Shown here piece after piece: positions 1 through 8,808 of a stretch of DNA of 64,000 nt (the first letter of the stretch is position 1; each line of letters starts with the position of its first letter). Position numbers and translations under genes: made by a program. The DNA comes from a virus (taxonomy: Duplodnaviria; Caudoviricetes). The notes beneath the pieces were generated by a model, which did no database searches, was not told where the DNA came from, and saw nothing but the letters and a program-made list of their open reading frames with translations. Location: the IMG/VR virus record IMGVR_UViG_3300037067_007193, positions 11,589-75,588 of that record; one strand, 5' to 3'.

Positions 1-159
1 GCCGCTCATCGTCTCGTTTTGAAACTCCTTGATTTCTTCCGGCGGCACTTCTGCTCGGCGCAGGGCTTCGGAAACCCGTCCGATGATAGAAAAAACATTT
101 CCGTCTTCTCTTGAAAGTTGTACGTCAACATCAGGATACTTGCATCTTTCTGTTTCCAT
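1..159 (-). CDS. small phage hypothetical protein, runs off window edge
   Basis: Not in ORF track. ATG at 159 after GGGGAG; METERCKYPDVDVQLSREDGNVFSIIGRVSEALRRAEVPPEEIKEFQNETMSG, open to the edge. Confidence 0.6.
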   Translation of the reverse strand, partial: METERCKYPDVDVQLSREDGNVFSIIGRVSEALRRAEVPPEEIKEFQNETMSG

Positions 160-295
160 TTGCTCCCCCTGTGTTTTGTCCGGACTTGAGACCGGGCTTG
201 TGGTTTACAGGGCTTGCGCCCTGCTCTCGCCTTGTGTTGGCGGCGGGTCTCTGTTTTTGTTCATGTGCATCCTCGGCATGTAGCCGGGTTAAGGG

Positions 296-487
296 TTAGC
301 CGTTGTATTCTTCGCCGAAAATTTCCTCACAGTGTGCTATCCAGTCGTTATTCAGTTCTTCAAGGCAGAGTTCCATAACGCCTGGAACGGCTAAAATTGT
401 TGCCACTTCAAGGCCAGCTATCCAGCCCGTGAATTTGTCATTGTCGTTGACCATTTCGCGGAGTTCTTTTTGCTTGTCTGGCTTCAT
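296..487 (-). CDS. hypothetical protein
   Basis: 63-aa ORF in a tightly packed leftward run. Confidence 0.55.
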   Translation of the reverse strand: MKPDKQKELREMVNDNDKFTGWIAGLEVATILAVPGVMELCLEELNNDWIAHCEEIFGEEYNG

Positions 488-490
488 CTT

Positions 491-703
491 TCACCCCTCC
501 ACGCGGGCAGAGCCGCAGACGTTACCGTTGATGTCGCGCAAGGTGTCACAGAAAAGCGGTACGCCCTTTAAAACATTTTCAAAATCTACATTTTCTAAAC
601 TGCGGTATTCTTTCGCTGATCTTTCAAGTATCCGCGCAACCTCGGTTCCGGCGTAAGGATCAAACGCCTCGCCCTTCATGTCAATCTCAATCACCAGCTT
701 CAT
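491..703 (-). CDS. hypothetical protein
   Basis: Start moved to MKLVIE (GGAGG RBS). Confidence 0.6.
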   Translation of the reverse strand: MKLVIEIDMKGEAFDPYAGTEVARILERSAKEYRSLENVDFENVLKGVPLFCDTLRDINGNVCGSARVEG

Positions 704-784
704 TTGATGCCTCCTGAGAGTTAGGTTTGGTTTATCCATCGACGGGCTTGCGCCCGTTTCGGCCTATGCCTCGTCAGGATGGAG

Positions 785-1204
785 TTAGTTTCCTTCTGAA
801 AAGTCCGGGGCAAGGATAACATATCCGCCCCAATCCTTATAAATCCCGGTCAGTTTTTCACTCGGTCCCGTATGCAGCTTGAGCGCATACCCGCGAGGGT
901 CACGGTTGATTTTTATATCCCCGGCGCGTTGCTTGCCGATAATCGCCGCCACCTTGTCGCGCAAGGCATCCGTCCAGGTGTCGAGTTTATCACCATCAAT
1001 CCGACCGTCTGTACCTTCAAGATCAGGATAAGGGGCCGGATTGGCGTTGCAGTATGCCAGCATAACACGCTCGGCTTTTGCTTCCAGCCGCCGCAGCTTG
1101 CGGCACAGGTCAAACGGGTCTGTTTCCGGCGGTAAGCCGAAAACGCGCTTTAAATTCTCGCCGTGCGCCTCGATTGCCTTGTACATCCTTTCTTTCTTGT
1201 TCAT
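785..1204 (-). CDS. hypothetical protein
   Basis: 139 aa, GAGGG RBS, downstream of a consensus promoter. Confidence 0.65.
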   Translation of the reverse strand: MNKKERMYKAIEAHGENLKRVFGLPPETDPFDLCRKLRRLEAKAERVMLAYCNANPAPYPDLEGTDGRIDGDKLDTWTDALRDKVAAIIGKQRAGDIKINRDPRGYALKLHTGPSEKLTGIYKDWGGYVILAPDFSEGN

Positions 1205-1361
1205 GGTTTCCCTCACGCGAAAAGATACGCCAATTCGAGCAAAAGCCCGAACAGGACAATGAGAAAAACTATAAAGTGGACAGTCTCAGAAATAGTAAAG
1301 CTTGGTCTGTGCTGCATTTGAAACCCTCGTGACAGGGTTAGGAGGTTGCGACTCGTGTATC

Positions 1362-1390
1362 ATTATAATAATAACAACAAAACTTGTCAA
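1362..1390 (-). promoter_or_regulatory. sigma70-type promoter
   Basis: TTGACA-17 bp-TATAAT, perfect consensus. Confidence 0.8.
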
Positions 1391-1539
1391 GAGTTTGGGA
1401 GAGATTTTTTTACAAGGCGGTCAATTATCATCCCGATTGACTCCCCTGTCCGCTCCCGCTCCAGCTCCAGGCGCTTAACCGTGTCAGGCAAAACGCTTGT
1501 TTGAACCATCCTAACTTTGTTGCTTTTTGGTCTGGCCAT
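1387..1539 (-). CDS. ribbon-helix-helix-like small DNA-binding protein (50 aa)
   Basis: Not in ORF track. MARPKSNKVRMVQTSVLPDTVKRLELERERTGESIGMIIDRLVKKSLPNS; GGGGG RBS; strand-helix-helix pattern. Confidence 0.55.
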   Translation of the reverse strand: MARPKSNKVRMVQTSVLPDTVKRLELERERTGESIGMIIDRLVKKSLPNS

Positions 1540-1553
1540 TCAATCCCCCTGAG

Positions 1554-1736
1554 TTACCAGCCGCAGATAAAAGATACTTCACGGAAAGTTAAATCCGGGT
1601 TAGTTTCCCGCAAACCGGCATCCATGTTGTTAATTTCGTCATAGGCGTCAGACTTGTTTTCCGCTGCCAGCTTGACAACTTCCAGGATCAGGCCGGTTTT
1701 TACCTCTTGCTTGACTGCAAAAAATTGTCTGGTCAT
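1554..1736 (-). CDS. hypothetical protein
   Basis: 60 aa, AGGGG RBS. Confidence 0.55.
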   Translation of the reverse strand: MTRQFFAVKQEVKTGLILEVVKLAAENKSDAYDEINNMDAGLRETNPDLTFREVSFICGW

Positions 1737-1754
1737 CTTTTCCCCCTGAAAAGG

Positions 1755-2081
1755 TTAGGACTGAAAAACAGCCGCGCAAGCGCCATACATTTCGCTATAT
1801 GTCAACGGGTCAAAGCCAAGATATTTTTCTGCGGTGCTTGTTAGCGCGTGCATGTACCTTACTTGCCCGGCATAGTTATACGCCGAAACAACAAAGGCCT
1901 CGGTCTGCTTATTAGGGCTTTTGATAAAAGCAAAAAGCTCGTGCTGTAAATTAAATAGTCGTATTCCTCCCCCTGTGCGCTCGTAAAAGCCGTTTGCAGT
2001 CCTTCCGTTGATCGGATGAAAAAGCGATTCGGTAAATTCCTTATCGTTCTGGCAATATGCCCGGTCGTTGAAAATAAGCAT
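1755..2081 (-). CDS. hypothetical protein
   Basis: 108 aa, GGAG RBS, first gene after the promoter at 2134-2162. Confidence 0.6.
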   Translation of the reverse strand: MLIFNDRAYCQNDKEFTESLFHPINGRTANGFYERTGGGIRLFNLQHELFAFIKSPNKQTEAFVVSAYNYAGQVRYMHALTSTAEKYLGFDPLTYSEMYGACAAVFQS

Positions 2082-2133
2082 TTCCGCTCCGTGACAAGGT
2101 TTGAAAAGGATTTGAATTGTTTGCTACACTTAT

Positions 2134-2162
2134 ATCATAATCATAATACAAGGGTTTGTCAA
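2134..2162 (-). promoter_or_regulatory. sigma70-type promoter
   Basis: TTGACA-17 bp-TATGAT. Confidence 0.7.
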
Positions 2163-2414
2163 GGGCTTTTTCAAGAAATTTTCAAGCGCAAGGGCCAAGG
2201 GAAGGCTTTCTATGCGGTTAAAGCGCCAACTATCACACAAGATTATAATAATAACAAAACAAGTTAAGATTTATAAAATGCATTTTTATTGCCCTTTTAC
2301 TTGACTTTTTTAATCGCATTTTTTATATTAAAGTGGATACAGAATAATAATAAAAACAAAAGTTACGCCAGGAGCCGCAATCCTGTTTTAAAAAACGCAC
2401 CACGCCCAAGCCAA

Positions 2415-2735
2415 TATAAAGCATTTAAAGCTTTATATATTATATATACCCTAAGATATATAAGGTTTTTAAAAGCCTTTAAGTCTTTAAAGCCTTTAAA
2501 AGCCTTTATATATATACCTACTCTTAGAATATTATAAGCCTTTGTTCTTTGTCTTTAATAAAGAAAGACTTTATTATGATTAATAAACTTACAAGAAATA
2601 CCATTAATAAAGACAATGGTCTTTTAAATAATAAAGAGGATATTAAAGAAAAGAATAAGAATATTAATACTCTTAATAAAGATAATAATATTAATATTAC
2701 TAAAGAGAATAAGAATATTAATGTTGTTAAAGAGA
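2415..2735. repeat. AT-rich short-repeat region upstream of and inside terS
   Basis: AAGCCTTT at 2473, 2490, 2500, 2536 plus variants; GAATAAGAATATTAAT at 2653 and 2707. Confidence 0.7.
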
Positions 2736-3364
2736 ATAATAAAGTTATTGGTACGCCTTTAAATAATCCGTTCTATGAAGCCTTCTGTTTAATATATTCT
2801 AAGACTCTTAATAAAACCAGTTCTTATCTTCAAGCAAGAAAAGCAATTAAAGGCGATTCCATTACCGATGAAAGCGCATGTACTTCTGCTATCCGATTGT
2901 TAGAAGATGAAAGTATAAGAACAAGGCTTGCAGAACTGTTTGACCATACAGCAAATAGCTTGCAGATAAACAAGACTGAAATCCTGGAAGGTATACAACA
3001 CGAATTAGAGCTTGATCCGGCGACGGTGTTGGAATGGCAAGGCGATGCGCTGAAAATAAAAAGCCTTGAATCGATCCCGCTGCATATCCGGCGCACGATC
3101 AAGAGTATGAAACAGGCTAAGGACGGCAGTATTGAAGTGCAGTTCTACGACAAGCAGCGCGCCCGTGAACAGCTTATGCGCTTCTTGGGCATGTTATCCG
3201 ACAAGCTGGACATTAATGTGACGCATGACATCGGAAATACCTTGGCGGAGGCTCATACACGCTATTTGAGGACTGCCAGAAGCGGCGAGGTTCAGGCCCC
3301 CGAAGGTATTCAGGACGTAGAATATACAGAAATCAAGCCAGACGGCGGGAATGGAACGCATTAG
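2576..3364 (+). CDS. terS: terminase small subunit with Asn/Lys-rich N-terminal extension
   Basis: FCLIY..LNKTSSY..A...SAIRLLED.SIRTRL helical pattern and IEVQFYDKQRAREQLMRFLGM C-terminus, both typical of TerS. Confidence 0.75.
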   Translation: MINKLTRNTINKDNGLLNNKEDIKEKNKNINTLNKDNNINITKENKNINVVKENNKVIGTPLNNPFYEAFCLIYSKTLNKTSSYLQARKAIKGDSITDESACTSAIRLLEDESIRTRLAELFDHTANSLQINKTEILEGIQHELELDPATVLEWQGDALKIKSLESIPLHIRRTIKSMKQAKDGSIEVQFYDKQRAREQLMRFLGMLSDKLDINVTHDIGNTLAEAHTRYLRTARSGEVQAPEGIQDVEYTEIKPDGGNGTH

Positions 3365-3443
3365 AAGCCCGTACAGCAACGATCTAAGGCTTGTGCATAG
3401 TCCAGCATGGCGGAAAACGGCTCTTTGACAGGTGCAAGGCAAT

Positions 3444-3466
3444 AAAAAAGCCCGCCGGAGCGGGCT
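3444..3466 (-). terminator. intrinsic terminator
   Basis: GCCCGC-4 nt-GCGGGC stem followed by T6 on the minus strand. Confidence 0.7.
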
Positions 3467-3484
3467 GGAAAGCGGAGCGGTCTG

Positions 3485-3667
3485 TTATTCAGGGCACTTG
3501 CGGAACGCCGGAGGCTGTAGGGATTCGCGGTACTGGCTCCACCGTCCCGTCTGGCGCTCGATCAGGTCACACCGCGAACAGGTAACACGCTCCGGGCGCA
3601 TGGTCTGGTCATCGCCGTGGTTAATCTCTCCGCAGAGCGGGCCGTCATGCATAGCAAGGTGCGTCAT
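3485..3667 (-). CDS. small His/Cys-containing protein
   Basis: 60 aa with its own promoter, AGGGG RBS and terminator; H..C..CSRC. Confidence 0.5.
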   Translation of the reverse strand: MTHLAMHDGPLCGEINHGDDQTMRPERVTCSRCDLIERQTGRWSQYRESLQPPAFRKCPE

Positions 3668-3708
3668 GTTGTCCCCTGTGACAGGTTAAAGGTTAGATGC
3701 GACAATTA

Positions 3709-3737
3709 ATCATATCATCCAGACCTGGAAAAGTCAA
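3709..3737 (-). promoter_or_regulatory. sigma70-type promoter
   Basis: TTGACT-17 bp-TATGAT. Confidence 0.6.
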
Positions 3738-4099
3738 GTTTTCCCTGCCATGCTGACAGTTCAGACCTGATTTTTCAGGTGCAAGACAGGGCAAAACACA
3801 TAAGGCAGTACATAGCAACAAGATACAAGGCTTATCAATTCCCGATTATGTATATAAACGGGAATTGAGACAGGATAAGGGCATGTACTGGACACCTGAA
3901 AAGATCATGCTGTATGCACAGCACTGGATACAAACGGGCGACAGATTCGACATTGAGGCGGGGAAAGATACTGGCCGAAAAAGAATGCTTCCCGGCGGGC
4001 ATCGAGCGAAAATTGACCCCGGAGGGGGGCAAGTCGGCCCGGATGGAACCATAAGGGAACCCATCTCTCTTGTCATTTCTTTGAGCGGGGTGTTTTTAG

Positions 4100-4432
4100 A
4101 TGACCGACAAATTGAAGCATGTTTGTTTTTACTGTGGCGAACGGGTCGATTGGTTGAGTGATGGTTTTGTGGTTCTTGGGGCGAAGGTTCCATGGATGCC
4201 AAGGCCGTGTAGTAGATGTGAGTTGATACTGATTAAGGGTTTTGTGGCGCATGATGGCATGGGTCATATTGCGGAAGAGGCCAATCATCCGTCGAGAGTT
4301 TTGGTATGTGATAAATGCGGATGCTCGGTGAGTTATGATTTTAACATTCGTATCGGCTGTGGCTGTAGGGGTGAGGATGGGTACGGCATTTCGGGTCGGA
4401 TCATAGAGCGGGCGCGGGGCCGGAGATATTAG
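4100..4432 (+). CDS. Cys-rich putative zinc-binding protein
   Basis: CFYC, CSRC, CDKC motifs. Confidence 0.5.
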   Translation: MTDKLKHVCFYCGERVDWLSDGFVVLGAKVPWMPRPCSRCELILIKGFVAHDGMGHIAEEANHPSRVLVCDKCGCSVSYDFNIRIGCGCRGEDGYGISGRIIERARGRRY

Positions 4433-4485
4433 GTGTCCTTTTCTCCTGTCGTTTATCCGAGACTTGCATTTTGGAGATTTGAGCA

Positions 4486-4734
4486 ATGAAACGTGAATCC
4501 ATATTGGGGTTTTTGGGTGAATTGACGGAACTAACCAAGAAGTACCGGATAGCCGTTTCTTCTTCTCCGGATAGTGACTATCCCCTTTTGGTGGACCCGA
4601 CTGACGAGGAGACGTTGTGGGCCATAGACATGGATACGTTTAGGTGTGCGAAGTACGTTATTGCCAATGGGGATGATGTTGATGTGGAGGATCAATGGTT
4701 GATTAGGTTCCGTCTTGCGGCTGACGAAGAGTAA
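4486..4734 (+). CDS. hypothetical protein
   Basis: 82 aa, GGAG RBS. Confidence 0.55.
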   Translation: MKRESILGFLGELTELTKKYRIAVSSSPDSDYPLLVDPTDEETLWAIDMDTFRCAKYVIANGDDVDVEDQWLIRFRLAADEE

Positions 4735-4745
4735 GGAGTTTTGCC

Positions 4746-4910
4746 ATGCCAAGGAGCTTTAGATTGTACCGGTGTGGCACGCCGAAGGGGTTTCGGGATC
4801 GGATGGCTACATGGATAAGGATAACCAGAAACGCCATCCGCTCTGGTCTGGCTGATGAGGGCGGTTTGTTAATGCTAAGAATCGTCGCTTCATCCATTCC
4901 GGGGAAGTAG
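4746..4910 (+). CDS. hypothetical protein (54 aa)
   Basis: Not in ORF track. AAGGAG RBS, MPRSFRLYRCGTPKG... Confidence 0.4.
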   Translation: MPRSFRLYRCGTPKGFRDRMATWIRITRNAIRSGLADEGGLLMLRIVASSIPGK

Positions 4911-5138
4911 ATGGGTGATTTTAACTTTCAAACAGGACAAGAGGATGCCTTTATCTCTTTATAGGAGGCTCGTGGCTGAACGATCTTTGTTCGGGCAGGA
5001 AAAGATACGTGATTTTAGAGATCGTTGCCCAGAATTGAGCTAATGCGTTCAGGTGTTCAGAAACTTTTGCATTGTAGTGGGAAGGAAGAGGGTATTTAAT
5101 CTTCAGCCTCAGTTTGGGATAGTGTTGAGGGGTAATAT

Positions 5139-5156
5139 TTGTATATTTTGATACAA
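5139..5156. promoter_or_regulatory. dyad, candidate enhancer for a sigma54 activator
   Basis: TTGTAT-N6-ATACAA (contains TGT-N10-ACA), about 65 bp upstream of the -24 box. Confidence 0.4.
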
Positions 5157-5218
5157 TATCTGCGAATTGTGATGGTGGGTGTGTTTTGAAATGAACAAAT
5201 AAGCGCAATGGCGTCTTC

Positions 5219-5234
5219 TGGCACGTTAAATGCT
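5219..5234 (+). promoter_or_regulatory. sigma54 (-24/-12) promoter
   Basis: TGGCACG-TTAA-ATGCT; GG-N10-GC spacing exact; one mismatch to TGGCACG-N4-TTGCW. Confidence 0.65.
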
Positions 5235-5355
5235 TGGGTATAAGCGGGGTTTTATACCTTTCTGCGTTTAAAACGTGAAAACCGGGGGATGCTTATGGGA
5301 AAATAAACCTGGACATTCTTGGTTTTTAGTTAAAGACAACGCGGGAGATGTAGAA

Positions 5356-6012
5356 ATGGCTGGACATCCAGGGAATCGCGGATTTACGCTGATAGAGATT
5401 ATCGTTGCGGTGGCGCTGGTGGCGATATTATCGGCGGCTGTGGCTCCGGGTGTGTTAAATAACATAGCCCAGGGGCGGTTTGCGAGGGCGCAGAGTGATG
5501 TTCAGATATTGGCGAGTGCGATAATGCGGTTCAAGTCGGATACGGGGGTATTCCCCCGGTGTGCGAAGGCGGCAAACCCCGATACTGCGGGGAACAAGTT
5601 TGATTTTCTGGCAAGCCGGGGCGGTGATTTCCCAAAGATGGGGTCCGGAAGCGACTGGTCCAGCGCGGCTTTCACCAATGGGACGGTGGCTCCTGGAAGT
5701 GTGGAGGATTTCACCAACCACCTGATTAACGGATCGAGCCGCACCACGACATCGGACAGTCTGTATACAAGAGCGCCACAGGTCGAAGACCCCGGCAGTT
5801 TTGGTTTCCGTGGCGGGATTGTCAGTTCCGACCCTCCCGATCCGTGGGGCCACAAGTACATCTGCAACGTGGCGGCATTGGGGGAACCGGGTCAAGCGGT
5901 ATGGGTTATCTCTGCCGGGCCGGATGGAGTAATAAGCACGCCGGTGGCTGACACCGGATTCGGCGCATCGGATGTACTTGGGAGTGACGATATAGGTTTC
6001 AGAATTCAGTAG
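5356..6012 (+). CDS. type IV pilin / GspG-like major pseudopilin
   Basis: MAGHPGNRG/FTLIEIIVAVALVAILSAAVAP class III signal with Glu+5; C-terminal DPWGHKY...VISAGPDG as in GspG-type pseudopilins. Confidence 0.85.
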   Translation: MAGHPGNRGFTLIEIIVAVALVAILSAAVAPGVLNNIAQGRFARAQSDVQILASAIMRFKSDTGVFPRCAKAANPDTAGNKFDFLASRGGDFPKMGSGSDWSSAAFTNGTVAPGSVEDFTNHLINGSSRTTTSDSLYTRAPQVEDPGSFGFRGGIVSSDPPDPWGHKYICNVAALGEPGQAVWVISAGPDGVISTPVADTGFGASDVLGSDDIGFRIQ

Positions 6013-6047
6013 TGTGTGATATGACACATGGATGTGTGTGAAATAAC

Positions 6048-6082
6048 CCACGTTCCCCGTCTTTATCGGGCGGGGAACGTGG
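6048..6082. terminator. strong hairpin after the pilin gene (possible terminator)
   Basis: CCACGTTCCCCG/CGGGGAACGTGG perfect 12-bp stem; no clear U tract. Confidence 0.5.
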
Positions 6083-6377
6083 AATAAAAAGACAAACAGA
6101 TGCTTTTATCCTGATAGCGGGACGCTTAGGTGGTGAAGATAGATAGGCAAAAACGTGACGATTGTGGCTTACGGGCTATGCGCCTGTACTTCAAGATGAG
6201 GGAAGAATTTTTGATGATGATTTTTCCGGTTATCCAAGAGATGAATACGAGAGAGACTTGAATGAATTGGGGCGTCTGTGTGGAACAGTAAGGAAGGCGA
6301 TGAAGAAAAAACGATCCGCATGATTTTATCCGGATACAAGGGCGATAAAACAAAGAGACGCGGGGTTACACTTCACA

Positions 6378-6731
6378 ATGGAACGCATGAAGTGGCTGTT
6401 GAAAGAGATTGACGACCTGTACAAGAGCAAGCCGAACGGCGATTACACTGAGTCTGAGTTGCGCCGGGTGGTAGCCTTGGTGATGAAGATGCTACGCCGC
6501 AACGAGTATAAGCGGCTGATTTTCATACGTGGTGAGCGCGGGGATCGCGCCGAGACGAGATATATGTTTTGTTGTGAACTTGGTAGCAAGTTGGGCTGGC
6601 TGGAAGCCAAGATGCGAGAGAAGGGCATCACCAGCACGAAAAAGGATGCTTACGCGGAGAAGAATTTCAGGCGGTTCATGGCTTACGGAGAAGCCTACCG
6701 TCAAAAATCGGGTGGTCAACCCACCATATAG
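6378..6731 (+). CDS. hypothetical protein
   Basis: 117-aa ORF in the rightward run. Confidence 0.55.
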   Translation: MERMKWLLKEIDDLYKSKPNGDYTESELRRVVALVMKMLRRNEYKRLIFIRGERGDRAETRYMFCCELGSKLGWLEAKMREKGITSTKKDAYAEKNFRRFMAYGEAYRQKSGGQPTI

Positions 6732-6746
6732 CAGGGGAGCGAACCG

Positions 6747-7127
6747 ATGTGGCAGAAGCTTGAAGAGCCGGTGGTGTTTTTCAGGAAGCCGAATGGCGGT
6801 CACAGAACCGAAGCGATGATGAGTTTCGGGGATGAAGCGGGTAACTTCTGTCATCTGGCGCTGGAAGATGGGAAGGTTTCGTTGTGGCGTGGTGCGGAAT
6901 ACCGATACGAGCGGATGGTGGAGTGGCCGAGAGAGATACTGACAGCATTTGTTGATTGCCGACTTGATACGGTCATGTATGACGCAAGGCGGGAATTGGG
7001 CGGCATGGAAATAGAATTGAAGCACCTACAGGATGGAAAGAAAGAAAGGACTGCGGGAAACAAGCCTGCACAGCCAGACAAGTATGAGTCGCACAAGCCC
7101 AAGAAGGTCAAGAATGCCAAGCACTGA
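6747..7127 (+). CDS. hypothetical protein
   Basis: 126 aa, GGGGAG RBS. Confidence 0.6.
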   Translation: MWQKLEEPVVFFRKPNGGHRTEAMMSFGDEAGNFCHLALEDGKVSLWRGAEYRYERMVEWPREILTAFVDCRLDTVMYDARRELGGMEIELKHLQDGKKERTAGNKPAQPDKYESHKPKKVKNAKH

Positions 7128-7358
7128 ATTGGACGGGAAGATACAGGAGATTTCCGACAAGTTACTTTCGGTGGACAACTTGGCGTTTCCGCTTTTCCCC
7201 TGCCCGTGGATGGCAGAAGAGTGGCTGGCGGAACGGACAATGGAATTTGAGAAGTTAAGGGATGGGTCCGATGCTTAGACTTCCTAAAGAGCATGTTCTG
7301 AGCTTGCGGGGACGGTTTTGAAGCTCCTGAAGGCGAACGGTTACAAGGAGAACAAGGA

Positions 7359-7580
7359 ATGAAAAAGATTACTGCCGTTCCGGACGGAATGTTGGATTTC
7401 AGGAAGAAGCCAGTAGTTATACAGGCTATCCAGATAACCGAGACGTCTGAAGTCGATACCCTGGAAGGAACAATGCGGGGTAGTGTTGGTGACTTTTTGA
7501 TTCGGGGGGTCAAGGGAGAACTGTATTTCTGCAAGCCGGATATTTTTAAATCCACCTACGAGCCGGTTGAAAAACAATGA
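7359..7580 (+). CDS. PGDYG-like small phage protein
   Basis: FRKKPVVIQA...TLEGTMRGSVGDFLIRGVKGELYFCKPDIFKSTYE pattern. Confidence 0.75.
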   Translation: MKKITAVPDGMLDFRKKPVVIQAIQITETSEVDTLEGTMRGSVGDFLIRGVKGELYFCKPDIFKSTYEPVEKQ

Positions 7581-7813
7581 GAACTTGTCCAGTAGATGGA
7601 TGCACCACACAGATAAAAGACAACGTGCTTTTCTGTCGGGATCACTGGTTCAGACTTCCGCGCTCCACTCGACGGCAGATATGCGGGCACGAAAGAGACC
7701 CCTTTCCGAAGACGCTGTTGGTATTAAAGGCCGCAATGCGCGGGACACCGCTCGAAACGGTTTTGATTGAGAACACACCGGATGGGCCACGACAGGTGAT
7801 GGCAGGAAGTTGA
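7577..7813 (+). CDS. small zinc-binding protein
   Basis: CPVDGC...FCRDHW; ATGA overlap with the upstream gene. Confidence 0.6.
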   Translation: MRTCPVDGCTTQIKDNVLFCRDHWFRLPRSTRRQICGHERDPFPKTLLVLKAAMRGTPLETVLIENTPDGPRQVMAGS

Positions 7814-7840
7814 TTTCAACGGTTACAAGACGGAGAAAGA

Positions 7841-8053
7841 ATGAAAGTTAAACTTGAAACTGCGGCGATTGTGACGATTAAGAATGCCAGCGATATGACT
7901 CCTGAAGGTAGGGTTGCTATCGCGCAATGGTTGCGAGAACAGGCAAACTACTTAATCGAACACGGTTCTGAGTACAGCAAAAAGTGTATATTCCGGTATC
8001 AATATAGCCCATATTCGCTTGATATGGACGTTCCGCCTTTTGGGAAAATATGA
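7841..8053 (+). CDS. hypothetical protein
   Basis: 70 aa, GGAG RBS. Confidence 0.55.
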   Translation: MKVKLETAAIVTIKNASDMTPEGRVAIAQWLREQANYLIEHGSEYSKKCIFRYQYSPYSLDMDVPPFGKI

Positions 8054-8080
8054 ATCCATCTGGAGAAAGTTGGCTAAATA

Positions 8081-8614
8081 ATGACAGCGATAGTGGGCAT
8101 AGCGAAAGATGGCAAGGTCTGGATGGGCGCGGATAGCCAAATAAACTACGGCAATCTAAAAATGCCGCTGGCGGAAAACAAGATTTTTCTGAATGGGCCA
8201 GTTCTTTGTGGATGTGCCGGGGATTACAGATTTACAAACATCGTTCAACACAACTTCAAAGCCCCTATAATTAATAAGTTTGAAGACGCATTTGAATACA
8301 TGGTTAAAATATTTATACCGGTATTGAGAGAAACAATAAAAGAAAGCGGTTGGATGAAGATTGAAAACAACAGAGAAGAGGCTGGACATCTTTTGGTTGG
8401 TGTAAAAGGGCGACTGTTTGAGATTTGTGACGATTTTTCCGTCACTGAAGTGTTATGTGAATATAACGCCATCGGCTCTGGTAGTAATTATATGTTAGGC
8501 TCTTTGTACAACTCCGCCGCAGAAGAACCGGAACAAAGAATTTTGCGTGCGCTTGCAACGGCGGCAGCCTTTGATTCCAATTCCGCCCCGCCTTTTGTGG
8601 TGAAGTCGATATGA
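8081..8614 (+). CDS. Ntn-hydrolase, HslV/proteasome beta-like peptidase
   Basis: M-T-AIVG start (Thr nucleophile), GADSQ, KIF, G.AGD, AIGSGS motifs. Confidence 0.8.
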   Translation: MTAIVGIAKDGKVWMGADSQINYGNLKMPLAENKIFLNGPVLCGCAGDYRFTNIVQHNFKAPIINKFEDAFEYMVKIFIPVLRETIKESGWMKIENNREEAGHLLVGVKGRLFEICDDFSVTEVLCEYNAIGSGSNYMLGSLYNSAAEEPEQRILRALATAAAFDSNSAPPFVVKSI

Positions 8615-8808
8615 AGGTTAAATATTCAATCTCCGCGACAAGGCGAGGCATGTGGGGAGTCAGAAAACACGGATGTTGCAGATGCTCTAAAATCTTTTTT
8701 GACTACAAGGATGCAATTGAATATGCCAGAAAGATGTGTTCTAAGCACGGCGGCGCTATCTACATTCATCGCCGCGATGGAAGCGTTGAAAGCCGGGAGG
8801 AATTTTAA
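8611..8808 (+). CDS. DUF2188-like protein, copy 1
   Basis: WGVRK...AIEYAR...IYIHRRDG. Confidence 0.7.
   Translation: MKVKYSISATRRGMWGVRKHGCCRCSKIFFDYKDAIEYARKMCSKHGGAIYIHRRDGSVESREEF

Noticed and set aside
3865-4161. 98-aa plus-strand ORF as a gene
   Set aside because: Possible, but it overlaps the next ORF by 62 nt and has no recognisable motif; left uncalled
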